The notes beneath the pieces are model-generated. The model worked only from the letters and a program-made list of their open reading frames with translations. It searched no databases and was not told the origin of the DNA. DNA of 18,578 nt. It comes from Candidatus Sumerlaeia bacterium (GTDB taxonomy: Bacteria > Sumerlaeota > Sumerlaeia > SLMS01). A program made the translations under genes and the position numbers. Below, in pieces: positions 1 to 8,888 of the stretch; the stretch's first letter is position 1, and the number at the start of each line of letters is the position of its first letter. The stretch spans positions 1 to 18,578 of the forward strand of contig JBBQYG010000069.1 in NCBI GenBank assembly GCA_038208905.1, given 5' to 3'.

Positions 1-61
1 GGGGGGGTTGGCGATGGGGGGGCGGTGGGGGAGGGGGCGCTGGAAGTTCATTGGGAGGGAG

Positions 62-210
62 GGGAACTGGGAATCGGGAATGGGGAATGGCGTCCGAGTC
101 GGAAGCTGGTGGAAATGTTGCGGCGCGGAGGTGGGGGGGAAAGCGAGAACTGCCGCAAACCCGAGCGAGGCGCAGCCACTCCTATTCCCGATTCCCCGTT
201 CCCCATTCCC
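62..210. repeat. Inverted pair of heptamer tandem arrays (GGGAATN x4 ... NATTCCC x4)
   Basis: 62-89 reads gggaact gggaatc gggaatg gggaatg; 183-210 reads tattccc gattccc cgttccc cattccc, the reverse-complement unit; 93-nt spacer. Confidence 0.85.
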
Positions 211-401
211 CCAACTCCACCCCTAGCATCTCCTCCCCCTTTCTTTGGCTTGCCAAACACAACAGCTTGTGGTTTTCTGGGTGTAATCTGGAAAGTTTGG
301 GTGGGGTGGGTGGGATTATGATGGCCTCTGGGGGCGGGGGGCGTGCGTTATTGGGGCTGCCAGTTGGGATTTCAGTATGATTTCGCAGTTTGGCTTTGAC
401 T

Positions 402-419
402 TTGTGAAAAAAATCACAA
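402..419. promoter_or_regulatory. Palindromic transcription-factor operator, Rex-box-like (also fits the CRP-family core)
   Basis: TTGTGA-AAAAAA-TCACAA: one mismatch to the Rex consensus TTGTGAA-N4-TTCACAA and a perfect fit to TGTGA-N6-TCACA. AT-rich patch ~145 nt upstream of actA, directly after a TTGACT hexamer (396-401). Confidence 0.7.
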
Positions 420-563
420 GCCTCCTGTTTCAAGACTTGCCGCTCCCCCCCGAGGTCTGATGCCGACTGCCCAAAACCAAGGCCCCTTGCGGAAAGCGCC
501 CACCAGCGCTTTCGAGCCGGGCTTCCTGCTGCCTTGCCATGGCGGCAAAGAGGAATGCGAGAT

Positions 564-1319
564 ATGCTGACGCAGTATTGGAGAGTCTTCGCGCTGGTGA
601 TCGCCCTCATGTCGGTGAGCGCCTACCAGCTATACGGCGTGTTTTCCAACGTGGGCTATGCGCCGACCCAGCCGATTCCCTTCAGCCACGTGATTCACGC
701 GGGGGTGCTCCAGATGGAGTGCCTCTATTGCCACCACCAGGCAGAGAAGGGTCCCTATGCGGGAATCCCCGAGGTGGCGTCGTGCATGGGTTGCCACTCG
801 ATCGTGAAGACCGACAGCCCATATATCAAGAAGTTGGCGGATTACTACGAGCGCGGCGAGCCGATTCCGTGGGTCAAGATTCACCGCCTTCCCGATCATT
901 CCTATTTCAGCCACAAGTGGCACGTGGCCGCGGGCATCTCCTGCCAGGAGTGCCACGGCCCAGTCCAGAACATGCCGGTTGTTGCCCAGTGGTCAAAGCT
1001 CGAGATGGGCGCGTGCATGACCTGCCATCGCCAGGACACCTACGTCAGCCAGATCAACCACCCGCCCACCTATCACGAGCTGCCCTTCGAGCAGACGGAA
1101 CTGGAAGCCGCGGCGGAAGTGGTTTCGGCAGATGGTGCCGGGTTCGACAGCGCCGTGAAGTATGCAGAGCGCCACCGTGGCGCCGACTTGGGGCCGGAAG
1201 AAGCGCGCGCGCTGCTGGCGCGGCTGGAAGAGTACCGCAAGGACAAGTACCTGCATGGCCGCGTGGCGCAGTTGCGCAATGCCAACGCGTCCGTGGAATG
1301 CAGCACCTGCCACCACTGA
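564..1319 (+). CDS. actA: Alternative complex III pentaheme cytochrome c subunit
   Basis: One N-terminal TM helix, GYAPTQPIPFSH motif, five CxxCH motifs (CLYCH, CMGCH, CQECH, CMTCH, CSTCH), the last at the C-terminus. Start placed at ATG 564 after AGAGGA; ATG 555 is an alternative. Confidence 0.93.
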   Translation: MLTQYWRVFALVIALMSVSAYQLYGVFSNVGYAPTQPIPFSHVIHAGVLQMECLYCHHQAEKGPYAGIPEVASCMGCHSIVKTDSPYIKKLADYYERGEPIPWVKIHRLPDHSYFSHKWHVAAGISCQECHGPVQNMPVVAQWSKLEMGACMTCHRQDTYVSQINHPPTYHELPFEQTELEAAAEVVSADGAGFDSAVKYAERHRGADLGPEEARALLARLEEYRKDKYLHGRVAQLRNANASVECSTCHH

Positions 1320-1325
1320 GACCAC

Positions 1326-4300
1326 ATGAGCATCGAGCCGCCCACCGCACTGAACGCTGAGCCGACCACGGGGTCGGGCCACCCGGAGTATTGGACCACG
1401 CTCTCCGAGTACGACCGCGACGAGGAATACCTCTCGCGCGCCGGCGAGGAATTCTATCCCGACGCGAAGCCGGAGAAGGACTTCGAGGGCTCCGCGAGCC
1501 TGGAGGACCACCTGGCGTCGCCGGTCAAGCGGCGCACGTTCCTGAAGTTCTCGGGCTTCGCGGCGCTGGCGGCGATGATCCAGGGGTGCGAGCGCCCGGT
1601 GGAGCAGGTGCGCCCGTATATACACAAGCCGGAAGAGATCACCCTCGGCAAGCCCAACCTGTATGCCTCCACGCTGACGGACACGGGCGAGGGCTATGGC
1701 CTGCTGGTGACTTGCCGCGAGGGACGCCCGATCAAGCTGGAGGGGAATCCCGACCACCCGGTGAACCGCGGCACGCTCAGCGCCCGGGCCCAGGGCTCGA
1801 TCATCGATTTGTACAACCCCGACCGCATCCGGTTTCCGATGCGCCTCAAGCGCTCCTTCGCGGGCGAGATGGGCGAGGGCCTCCAGCCCGACGCGACGGT
1901 GAAGATGGCGGACCTCGACCGGGAGATCGGCGAGAAGATCCGCACGGCGACCGGCAAGGTCGTGCTGCTCTCGCGCACGGCGACGGGTCCGGCGAACGAG
2001 CGGCTGATCGCGGACTTCCTGGCGCAGGGCCGGAACTTCGAGCACGTCGTCTACGATCCGATGAGCGGTGGCGACGAGCGCCGCGCCCACCTGGACGCGT
2101 TCGGCGAGGAAGTAACGCCGCGCTATCTGTTCGACAAGGCGGCGGTGGTTGTCGCGCTGGGCGGAGATCCGCTGGGCCAGGGCGTGTCGCCGGTCGAATA
2201 CCAGCATGGCTTCGCCAAGCGCCGCGATCCCGCCTCGGCGGAAGGCATGTCGCGCGTCTATGCGTTCGAGCCTGTGCCGTCGCTGACGGGCATGTCGGCG
2301 GACTATCGTTTCGTGGTGCGGCCGGAGCACCTGATCGCGGTGGGCCTCGGCCTCGCGAACTTGCTGCTGTTCGGCGGCGCGGAATACGCGGGCGCGAACG
2401 CGTCCTCGTTCGCGGGCAACGCGGACGTGCGGCGCCTTGTGGAGCCCTTCACGGCGGCGCGCGTCGCCAAGGACACGGGCATTGCGGAGAAGGAGCTTCA
2501 ACGCGTCGCCGCGTCGCTGCACGCGCACCCGGGCCGCTCGATCGTCTATACACAGGGAACCGGCGGCGCCACGGCCTCGTCGGGGGCGCTGGCGGTGGTC
2601 GGCGTGTTCCTGAACTCGATCTGCGGCAACTACGCGGAGACGATCGACGCGACGCTGTCGCCGTCGATGCAGGCGATGGGCGACGTCCGCGCGCTGCTCG
2701 GCCTCGTAAACGACCTGAAGGCCGGCGCGGTGTCTGTGCTGATCGTCAACGGCGTGAATCCTGTCTATACGCTGCCGCCGTCGACGGGCTTTGCGGAGGC
2801 GCTGGGCAAGGCGGGCTATCTGGTGACGGTGGGCCGCATGATGGACGAGACGGCGGCGCTGTGCGATGTCGCGGTGCCGGGCGTCCACGGGCTGGAGGGC
2901 TGGGGCGACGCACAGCCGCAACGCGGCGTGCTGGGCCTTCAGCAGCCGGCCGTGCGGCGCATCTTCGGCGAGCTGGCGGCAAACCCGCTGTATGACACGC
3001 GCGCGTGGCAGGAATCGCTGATGGCGTTCGTGAACGCGGCGGGCGCCAAGACCTTCATCCGCGAGCTGACGCAGCCGGAGATCCAGGCGGCGCTAGACGA
3101 CGCGGGAACGACGGACACACTGACGCTGGCGCCGGGCACGCTGGGGCCGCAGGCGATTTCGTGGTACCAGTACCTGCGCGAGACATGGCGCGAGCGCGTG
3201 TTCGCCAAGGGCAGCTACGCCGCGAAGGATTTCGACACGTTCTGGAACGGCGCGGTTCAGAAGGGCCTGATCGACCTCGTGGGCGAGGACGCGCGGAAGG
3301 GTTCCTTCAGCGCACCGACGTTCAAGACGGCGGCGCTCTCCGCGGTCACTGCGCCCGAAGCGAGCGGCACCGTGCTGGTGGCCTATGCGACGGTGGTCCA
3401 CGGCGACGGCGAGTCGATGGGGAATCCGTTCCTGCTGGAGCTTCCCGATCCCGCAAGCAAGATCTGCTGGGACAACTATGCGGCGATCTCTCCGGCGATG
3501 GCGGAGTCGCTGGACCTGAAGGACGGCGAGCACGTGGAGGTCACCGCCAATGGCGAGTCGATCACGGTGCCCGTGTTTGTGCAGCCGGGGACGCATCCCG
3601 ATGTGGTGGGCGTGATGCTGGGCTGGGGCCGCAATGCGTTTGGCGGCGTCGGCGACGCCGTCGGCGGCAATGCCTTCAAGCTGGCCAAGGTGCATGACGG
3701 CGGCGTGGCGACGGCGGGCGCGGAGGTCAAGATCGCGCGCGTTTCCGGCAAGACGAACCTGGCCAACACCCAGGGCCACAACTACCTGTTTTCCAACTCG
3801 ATGGCGGGATTGAACGTCAACGAGCAGCACGGCGACGCGATCCCCGAGAACGCACAGCTCAACGAGCAGGGGAAGCCGGTCTATGACCGCCCCATCCTTG
3901 GCGAGACGACGCTGAACGAGTGGAAGAAGAATCCGTTCCACGCGTATCCCAATAACGCCGATCACAACACGAATCCCCCGTCGATGTGGGAGGCCTCCCA
4001 CAAGTACGTTGGCCATCACTGGGGCCTGGCCGTCGACCTGAACGCCTGCAATGGCTGCGGCGCGTGCATGGTCGCGTGCTCGGTGGAGAACAACGTGCCG
4101 GTGGTGGGCCGGTACGAGGTGCAGATGGGGCGCGAGATGCACTGGATCCGCATCGACCGCTACTATCGCGGGGACAAGAACAACCCCGACTTCGTCCAGA
4201 TGCCGCTGATGTGCCAGCACTGCGACAACGCCCCGTGCGAGACCGTGTGCCCCGTCATCGCGACGATGCACAACGACGAGGGCCTCAACGTGATGGTGTA

Positions 4301-4880
4301 CAACCGCTGCGTGGGGACGCGCTACTGCGCCAACAACTGCCCCTACAAGGTGCGCCGCTTCAACTTCTGGCAGTACACGGATTTCCGCACGGGACCGGAT
4401 CGCAGCGAGGGGAGCGGCGACAAGCGCGTCTCTCCGCTGGAACTGGTCCTGAATCCCGACGTCACCACGCGCACGCGCGGCGTGATGGAAAAGTGCAGCT
4501 TCTGCATCCAGCGCATCCGCCGCGCCAAGGACACCGCGCGCGACACGGGCGAGCCGCTGCCGGACGGCGCGATGGTCACGGCCTGCCAGCAGACTTGCCC
4601 GGCGAAGGCGATCACCTTCGGCGACCGCAACGACCGCAACTCGGCGGTGACCAAGAAGTTCCTGGACCCGCGCTCCTATGGCCTGCTGGTGGACCTGAAC
4701 ACCGATCCCTCGGTTCGCTATCTGGCGCTGGTGAGGAATCGCGACGAGCCCTCTCCCTATCGCACGAAGTACCAGGCCCATCGCCTGCACAAGGCCCACG
4801 ACAAGCATTCCCACGACGACCACGGGAGTGGAGAAGCGGGCCACGACCATTCCACCGACGCACCATCCCAGTCGCACTGA
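1326..4880 (+). CDS. actB: Alternative complex III subunit B (molybdopterin-oxidoreductase-like domain fused to Fe-S domain; Tat substrate, probable lipoprotein)
   Basis: Long leader (YWTTLSE) with KRRTFLK twin-arginine motif and IQGC cysteine; EGRPIKLEGNPDHP; C-terminal Fe-S motifs CNGCGACMVAC, CQHCDNAPCETVCP, CVGTRYCANNCP, CSFC...CQQTCP (three 4Fe-4S plus one 3Fe-4S pattern); 1184 aa. Confidence 0.95.
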   Translation: MSIEPPTALNAEPTTGSGHPEYWTTLSEYDRDEEYLSRAGEEFYPDAKPEKDFEGSASLEDHLASPVKRRTFLKFSGFAALAAMIQGCERPVEQVRPYIHKPEEITLGKPNLYASTLTDTGEGYGLLVTCREGRPIKLEGNPDHPVNRGTLSARAQGSIIDLYNPDRIRFPMRLKRSFAGEMGEGLQPDATVKMADLDREIGEKIRTATGKVVLLSRTATGPANERLIADFLAQGRNFEHVVYDPMSGGDERRAHLDAFGEEVTPRYLFDKAAVVVALGGDPLGQGVSPVEYQHGFAKRRDPASAEGMSRVYAFEPVPSLTGMSADYRFVVRPEHLIAVGLGLANLLLFGGAEYAGANASSFAGNADVRRLVEPFTAARVAKDTGIAEKELQRVAASLHAHPGRSIVYTQGTGGATASSGALAVVGVFLNSICGNYAETIDATLSPSMQAMGDVRALLGLVNDLKAGAVSVLIVNGVNPVYTLPPSTGFAEALGKAGYLVTVGRMMDETAALCDVAVPGVHGLEGWGDAQPQRGVLGLQQPAVRRIFGELAANPLYDTRAWQESLMAFVNAAGAKTFIRELTQPEIQAALDDAGTTDTLTLAPGTLGPQAISWYQYLRETWRERVFAKGSYAAKDFDTFWNGAVQKGLIDLVGEDARKGSFSAPTFKTAALSAVTAPEASGTVLVAYATVVHGDGESMGNPFLLELPDPASKICWDNYAAISPAMAESLDLKDGEHVEVTANGESITVPVFVQPGTHPDVVGVMLGWGRNAFGGVGDAVGGNAFKLAKVHDGGVATAGAEVKIARVSGKTNLANTQGHNYLFSNSMAGLNVNEQHGDAIPENAQLNEQGKPVYDRPILGETTLNEWKKNPFHAYPNNADHNTNPPSMWEASHKYVGHHWGLAVDLNACNGCGACMVACSVENNVPVVGRYEVQMGREMHWIRIDRYYRGDKNNPDFVQMPLMCQHCDNAPCETVCPVIATMHNDEGLNVMVYNRCVGTRYCANNCPYKVRRFNFWQYTDFRTGPDRSEGSGDKRVSPLELVLNPDVTTRTRGVMEKCSFCIQRIRRAKDTARDTGEPLPDGAMVTACQQTCPAKAITFGDRNDRNSAVTKKFLDPRSYGLLVDLNTDPSVRYLALVRNRDEPSPYRTKYQAHRLHKAHDKHSHDDHGSGEAGHDHSTDAPSQSH

Positions 4881-4902
4881 GTGAAGGAAGATTGACGCGC
4901 GC

Positions 4903-6318
4903 ATGAGCCTCGCACTGGAACCAGACGACAAACACCTGCTGAGCCCGGCCATCAAGATGGACCGGGTGACGGAGGATATCCTGGCCCCGATGGGCCGGTT
5001 TCCCTCGCTGCCGTGGCATCTTGCCTTCGGGCTGGCGCAGGGGGTGGCGCTGCTGCTGCTCGCGCCGGTGGCGTACCAGATGTTCTTTGGGCTTGGTATC
5101 TACGGCATCACGAACCCCAACGGCTGGGGCGTGTTCATCGTCAACTTCGTGTTCTGGATCGGCATCGGCCACGCGGGCACGCTGATCTCCGCGATTCTGT
5201 TTCTGTTCCGTCAAAACTGGCGCACCTCGATCAACCGGTCGGCGGAGGCGATGACGATCTTTGCCGTGATGACCGCGGGCGTGTTCCCGCTGGTTCACGT
5301 CGGGCGCACATGGGTTGCCTACTGGCTGGTGCCGTATCCGGCGGAGCGGCAGATGTGGGTGAACTTCCGCTCGCCGCTGCTGTGGGACGTGTTCGCCGTG
5401 ACGACGTACTTCACGGTGTCGCTGCTGTTCTGGTACCAGGGCCTCCTTCCCGACTGGGCAACGGCGCGCGACCGGGCCAAGAACAAGTTCTTCCGCACGC
5501 TGTACAGCGTGTTGAGCTTCGGCTGGACGGGTTCGGCGCGGGACTGGAACCACTACGAGCGCTGCTACCGGCAGTTTGCCTTCCTCGCGGCGCCGCTGGT
5601 GCTCTCGGTGCACTCGATCGTGTCGTTCGACTTCGCGGTGTCGCTGATTCCCGGATGGCATACAACGATCTTCCCGCCCTACTTCGTCGCGGGCGCCATC
5701 TTCTCGGGCTTCGGCATGGTGGTGACTCTGCTGGTGATCATGCGAAAGCTCTATAAGCTGGAGCACTACATCACGCTCACCCACATGGAGCTGATGAACA
5801 AGGTGATCCTGGCCACGTCGCTGATCGTGGGCTACGCCTACGCGTCGGAGTTCTATATCGCCTGGTACTCGGGCCACGAATACGAGCAGTACCAATTCCT
5901 TCTGCGCCCCTTCGGTCCGTATGCGATTACCTTCTGGACGATGGTGATCTGCAACGTCGTCATCCCCCATGCGTTTTGGTTCCGGTCGATCCGGCGCAGC
6001 ATCCCCTGGATGTTTGTCATCTCGATCTTCGTCAACGTGGGCATGTGGTTCGAGCGGTATAACATCTTCATCATCTCCCTGCACCGCGACTTCCTGCCGT
6101 CGAACTGGGGGATGTACTACATGACGCCGTTCGACTATGCGATCACGATCGGGTCGTTCGGGATGTTCTTCACGCTGTTCCTCGCGTTCAGCCGCGTGTT
6201 CCCCACGCTGGCGATCGCCGAACTGAAGGCCACGCTGCCGGAGCCCTCGACTGGTTCGCGGCTGGGCCACGATCACGGGCACGCGGACCACGCCCACAAG
6301 CCCGCGGAGGTGCACTGA
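4903..6318 (+). CDS. actC: Alternative complex III quinol-binding membrane subunit (NrfD/PsrC family)
   Basis: [74 protein letters not shown]; about 10 hydrophobic segments. Confidence 0.96.
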   Translation: MSLALEPDDKHLLSPAIKMDRVTEDILAPMGRFPSLPWHLAFGLAQGVALLLLAPVAYQMFFGLGIYGITNPNGWGVFIVNFVFWIGIGHAGTLISAILFLFRQNWRTSINRSAEAMTIFAVMTAGVFPLVHVGRTWVAYWLVPYPAERQMWVNFRSPLLWDVFAVTTYFTVSLLFWYQGLLPDWATARDRAKNKFFRTLYSVLSFGWTGSARDWNHYERCYRQFAFLAAPLVLSVHSIVSFDFAVSLIPGWHTTIFPPYFVAGAIFSGFGMVVTLLVIMRKLYKLEHYITLTHMELMNKVILATSLIVGYAYASEFYIAWYSGHEYEQYQFLLRPFGPYAITFWTMVICNVVIPHAFWFRSIRRSIPWMFVISIFVNVGMWFERYNIFIISLHRDFLPSNWGMYYMTPFDYAITIGSFGMFFTLFLAFSRVFPTLAIAELKATLPEPSTGSRLGHDHGHADHAHKPAEVH

Positions 6319-6911
6319 TGGCTCGCGTCCGCGTTCCAGCGGTTCTCGGTTTCTACGACGACGCCCACGACCTTTCCGAGGTGGCCGGCAAGGCCAACCA
6401 CGAGAAGGGCTTCAAGGACCTCGACGCCTACTCGCCGTATCCCATCCACGGGATCGAGGAGCAGCTCGGCCTCAAGTCCTCCTGGGTGACCATTCCCGCG
6501 CGTCTGGGGCTAGTCTTCGGGGCGTTCCTGGGGTTCAGTTTCCAGTCGTGGACGTCGTCGGTCTCCTGGGCGGTGAACATAGGCGGCAAGCCCTACATCT
6601 CGTGGCCGGCGTGGATCCCGATCACGTTCGAGGCCGGGGTTCTGATGGCGGCGTTCTGCAATCTGACGGCGATGTTCATCGCGTGCGGCCTGTATCCCAA
6701 GCCCAAGACGATCGTGCTGAGCAAGCGCATCACCAACGACCGCTTTGTGCTGGTGATTCCGGTGAAGGACGACGCGGAGGAGGCGGAGGCGGTGAGTTTC
6801 CTGAGGGAGAACAAGGCCCTGAAGATCAAGATCGTGGACGCGCTGGACAAGGAGAAGGGCCGTCTGGTTTTCCGCAGCGCGCCGCTGGCGGGGGAGGGGG
6901 CCCCGGCATGA
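6318..6911 (+). CDS. actD: Alternative complex III subunit D (DUF3341-like)
   Basis: DAYSPYPIHG, NIGGKP, PITFE and ITNDRFVL motifs; two TM helices; TGATG overlap with the actC stop. Confidence 0.93.
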   Translation: MARVRVPAVLGFYDDAHDLSEVAGKANHEKGFKDLDAYSPYPIHGIEEQLGLKSSWVTIPARLGLVFGAFLGFSFQSWTSSVSWAVNIGGKPYISWPAWIPITFEAGVLMAAFCNLTAMFIACGLYPKPKTIVLSKRITNDRFVLVIPVKDDAEEAEAVSFLRENKALKIKIVDALDKEKGRLVFRSAPLAGEGAPA

Positions 6912-7612
6912 TGAACCGCCTCGCCCAACTTCTGGTCGCCGTTCTTGGTGTGGCCGCGCTCTGCGGATGCGAGCCGCGCACGGAGCGCCGCGAAATCCAG
7001 TTCATGCCCGACATGTATCGCAACCCCGCCGTGAAGGCCCAGGAGAACGAGGCGTTCCTGAAGCATGGGACGATCGCGAGCGTCGTGCCGCCGGCGAATA
7101 CGATGCCGGTCGGGTTCACGCGGTATCCCTTCAAGGCCTCGGAAGGCATCCGCGCCGGCGACGAGCTGGAGAACCCGCTGCCGGTAACGCGCGAGGTCCT
7201 CGAAACCGGCCGCAAGTACTTCAACATCCATTGCATGGTTTGCCACGGCGCGACGGGTGCCGGCAACGGTCTGGCCACGCGAGCGAATCGCGAGGCGGGG
7301 ATGCCGATCCCGCCATCGCTCTATACGGACAAAATCCGCGATTGGAAGGACGGCGAGATTTATCACACGATCACGATGGGCCAGGGCCAGATGCCGGCGT
7401 ATGGCGCGCGCATCGACGCCGTTCACCGCTGGGCGATCGTCCACTACGTCCGCGCGCTGGGCGAAGCAGCCCGGCCCACGGAGCAGGACCTCGAGGCGGT
7501 GGAGAAGCTGGGCTGGGACGCGGCGATGATGGACAATCCCGCGCGCCCGGAAGATCCCGCCAAGCTGCGCTCCGTTTTCCGCCTCGACTTCGACCAGACC
7601 ACCAAGCCCTGA
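6908..7612 (+). CDS. actE: Alternative complex III monoheme cytochrome c lipoprotein
   Basis: Signal peptide ending LCGC (lipobox-like), FMPDMY motif, single CMVCH, distal Met in GQGQMPAY, RWAIVHYVRAL; ATGA overlap with actD. The ORF-track start at 6548 lies inside actD and is not used. Confidence 0.92.
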   Translation: MMNRLAQLLVAVLGVAALCGCEPRTERREIQFMPDMYRNPAVKAQENEAFLKHGTIASVVPPANTMPVGFTRYPFKASEGIRAGDELENPLPVTREVLETGRKYFNIHCMVCHGATGAGNGLATRANREAGMPIPPSLYTDKIRDWKDGEIYHTITMGQGQMPAYGARIDAVHRWAIVHYVRALGEAARPTEQDLEAVEKLGWDAAMMDNPARPEDPAKLRSVFRLDFDQTTKP

Positions 7613-7631
7613 CCCACGGAATTCTCAGATA

Positions 7632-8888
7632 ATGCACGGAAACCGCATCACGCACATCAACGACCCGGGGCCTCTCAAGGTCTCGCCGGTGCTGCCGATC
7701 CTCTTCCTCGTGCTCGCGGCGTCGGGCCTGGGGGCGTTCTTCTACAGCGCGTTCACGGGCACCCACGTCCAGCGCCAGCACGCATGGGCCAACTTCCTCG
7801 TCTCGGGAACGTTCTTCTGGTTCCTCTCGATGGGGGCGGCCGCGTTTCTCGCGATCAACTACATCGTCAGCGCCAAGTGGTTCGTGGCGATCAAGCGCGT
7901 GCCCGAATCGCTGGCAAGTTTCTCTTACCGCGGCGGGCTGATCTTTCCGCTGCTGACGATCCTCGGCGTCGCCTATCTGTATCCGTGGGCCAACTCGCCG
8001 TTCTACCAGGAGCTGTGGGGAATCGCCGCGCCGGACTATCCCTACGAGGGAACCGTGAAGCAGTTCTGGCTCTCTCCCTCGGTTCACTATGTCAAGCTGG
8101 TGGCCTACATCGTGCCGCTGGCGCTGATGACGTTCGTGCTGGTGAAGCTGTCGAGCACGCCCGAGCCCCATGCGGAGGGACCGCTGAAGTCGAAGCGGCT
8201 CGGCTACTCGATCTTCTTCATGACCGCCTTCGCGCTGCTGTTCTCGTTCTTCGCGTGGGAAATGCTGATGTCCACGGAGCCGAAGTGGTTCTCGACGATG
8301 TTCGGCGTGTACTGCTTCATCGGCGCGTTCAACGCCAGCATGGCGTTGATCATGCTGCTCCTGTTCTACCTGAAGACGCGGACGCAGTATATACCGGGTC
8401 GCCAGATGTATGACATGGGCACCTACGTGATGGCGTTCTCCACGTTCATGATGTATATCGGCTTCTCCCAGTTCATGCTGATATGGTACGCCAATCTCTA
8501 CGACGAGACGTTCTGGTACCTGAAGCGGTACGAGGGCGGCTGGATGTTCTACACGGTGGCGATCCCGATCCTCAAGTGGGTGATCCCGTTCTTCCTGCTG
8601 ATGCCGTCGCCGTGGCGGACCAAGCTGTGGGCGCAGTTGGTGAGCTGCTCGGCGATTCTGGTGGGCCAGTTGATGGACCTGATCTACATCGTCTATCCGG
8701 CCTACTATCCGTCGCTGGCGGCTGCGTGGCCCTCGACCGGCGCGATCGCGCTGAACGTGCTGATCTTCATGGGGCCACTGGGCCTTTTCGGGTGGAGCAC
8801 CGTGACCTACCTTTCCTCAAAGTCCCTCGTGCCGGTGGGCGACGAGGACCTGCTGTCGAGTGTGAATGGGGATTACCTACATGCTTAA
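7632..8888 (+). CDS. actF: Alternative complex III membrane subunit F
   Basis: Multi-TM protein with AKWFVAIKRVPE, LMSTEPKWFSTMFG and YIGFSQFMLIWYANL motifs; expected position after actE. Confidence 0.93.
   Translation: MHGNRITHINDPGPLKVSPVLPILFLVLAASGLGAFFYSAFTGTHVQRQHAWANFLVSGTFFWFLSMGAAAFLAINYIVSAKWFVAIKRVPESLASFSYRGGLIFPLLTILGVAYLYPWANSPFYQELWGIAAPDYPYEGTVKQFWLSPSVHYVKLVAYIVPLALMTFVLVKLSSTPEPHAEGPLKSKRLGYSIFFMTAFALLFSFFAWEMLMSTEPKWFSTMFGVYCFIGAFNASMALIMLLLFYLKTRTQYIPGRQMYDMGTYVMAFSTFMMYIGFSQFMLIWYANLYDETFWYLKRYEGGWMFYTVAIPILKWVIPFFLLMPSPWRTKLWAQLVSCSAILVGQLMDLIYIVYPAYYPSLAAAWPSTGAIALNVLIFMGPLGLFGWSTVTYLSSKSLVPVGDEDLLSSVNGDYLHA

Noticed and set aside
8-380. Short ORFs at the left end
   Set aside because: They translate the heptamer repeats and G-rich low-complexity DNA; no RBS or protein-like composition.
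250-381. Candidate promoter hexamers upstream of actA (TTGCCA 250-255; TATGAT 317-322 and 376-381)
   Set aside because: No convincing -35/-10 pair at 16-18 nt spacing, so the promoter cannot be placed.
1326-6318. Molybdoenzyme (Psr/Dms/Nrf/Qrc-type reductase) interpretation
   Set aside because: No N-terminal Cys cluster motif in the molybdopterin-like domain, fused B1-B2 architecture, and the presence of actD, actE and actF indicate alternative complex III.
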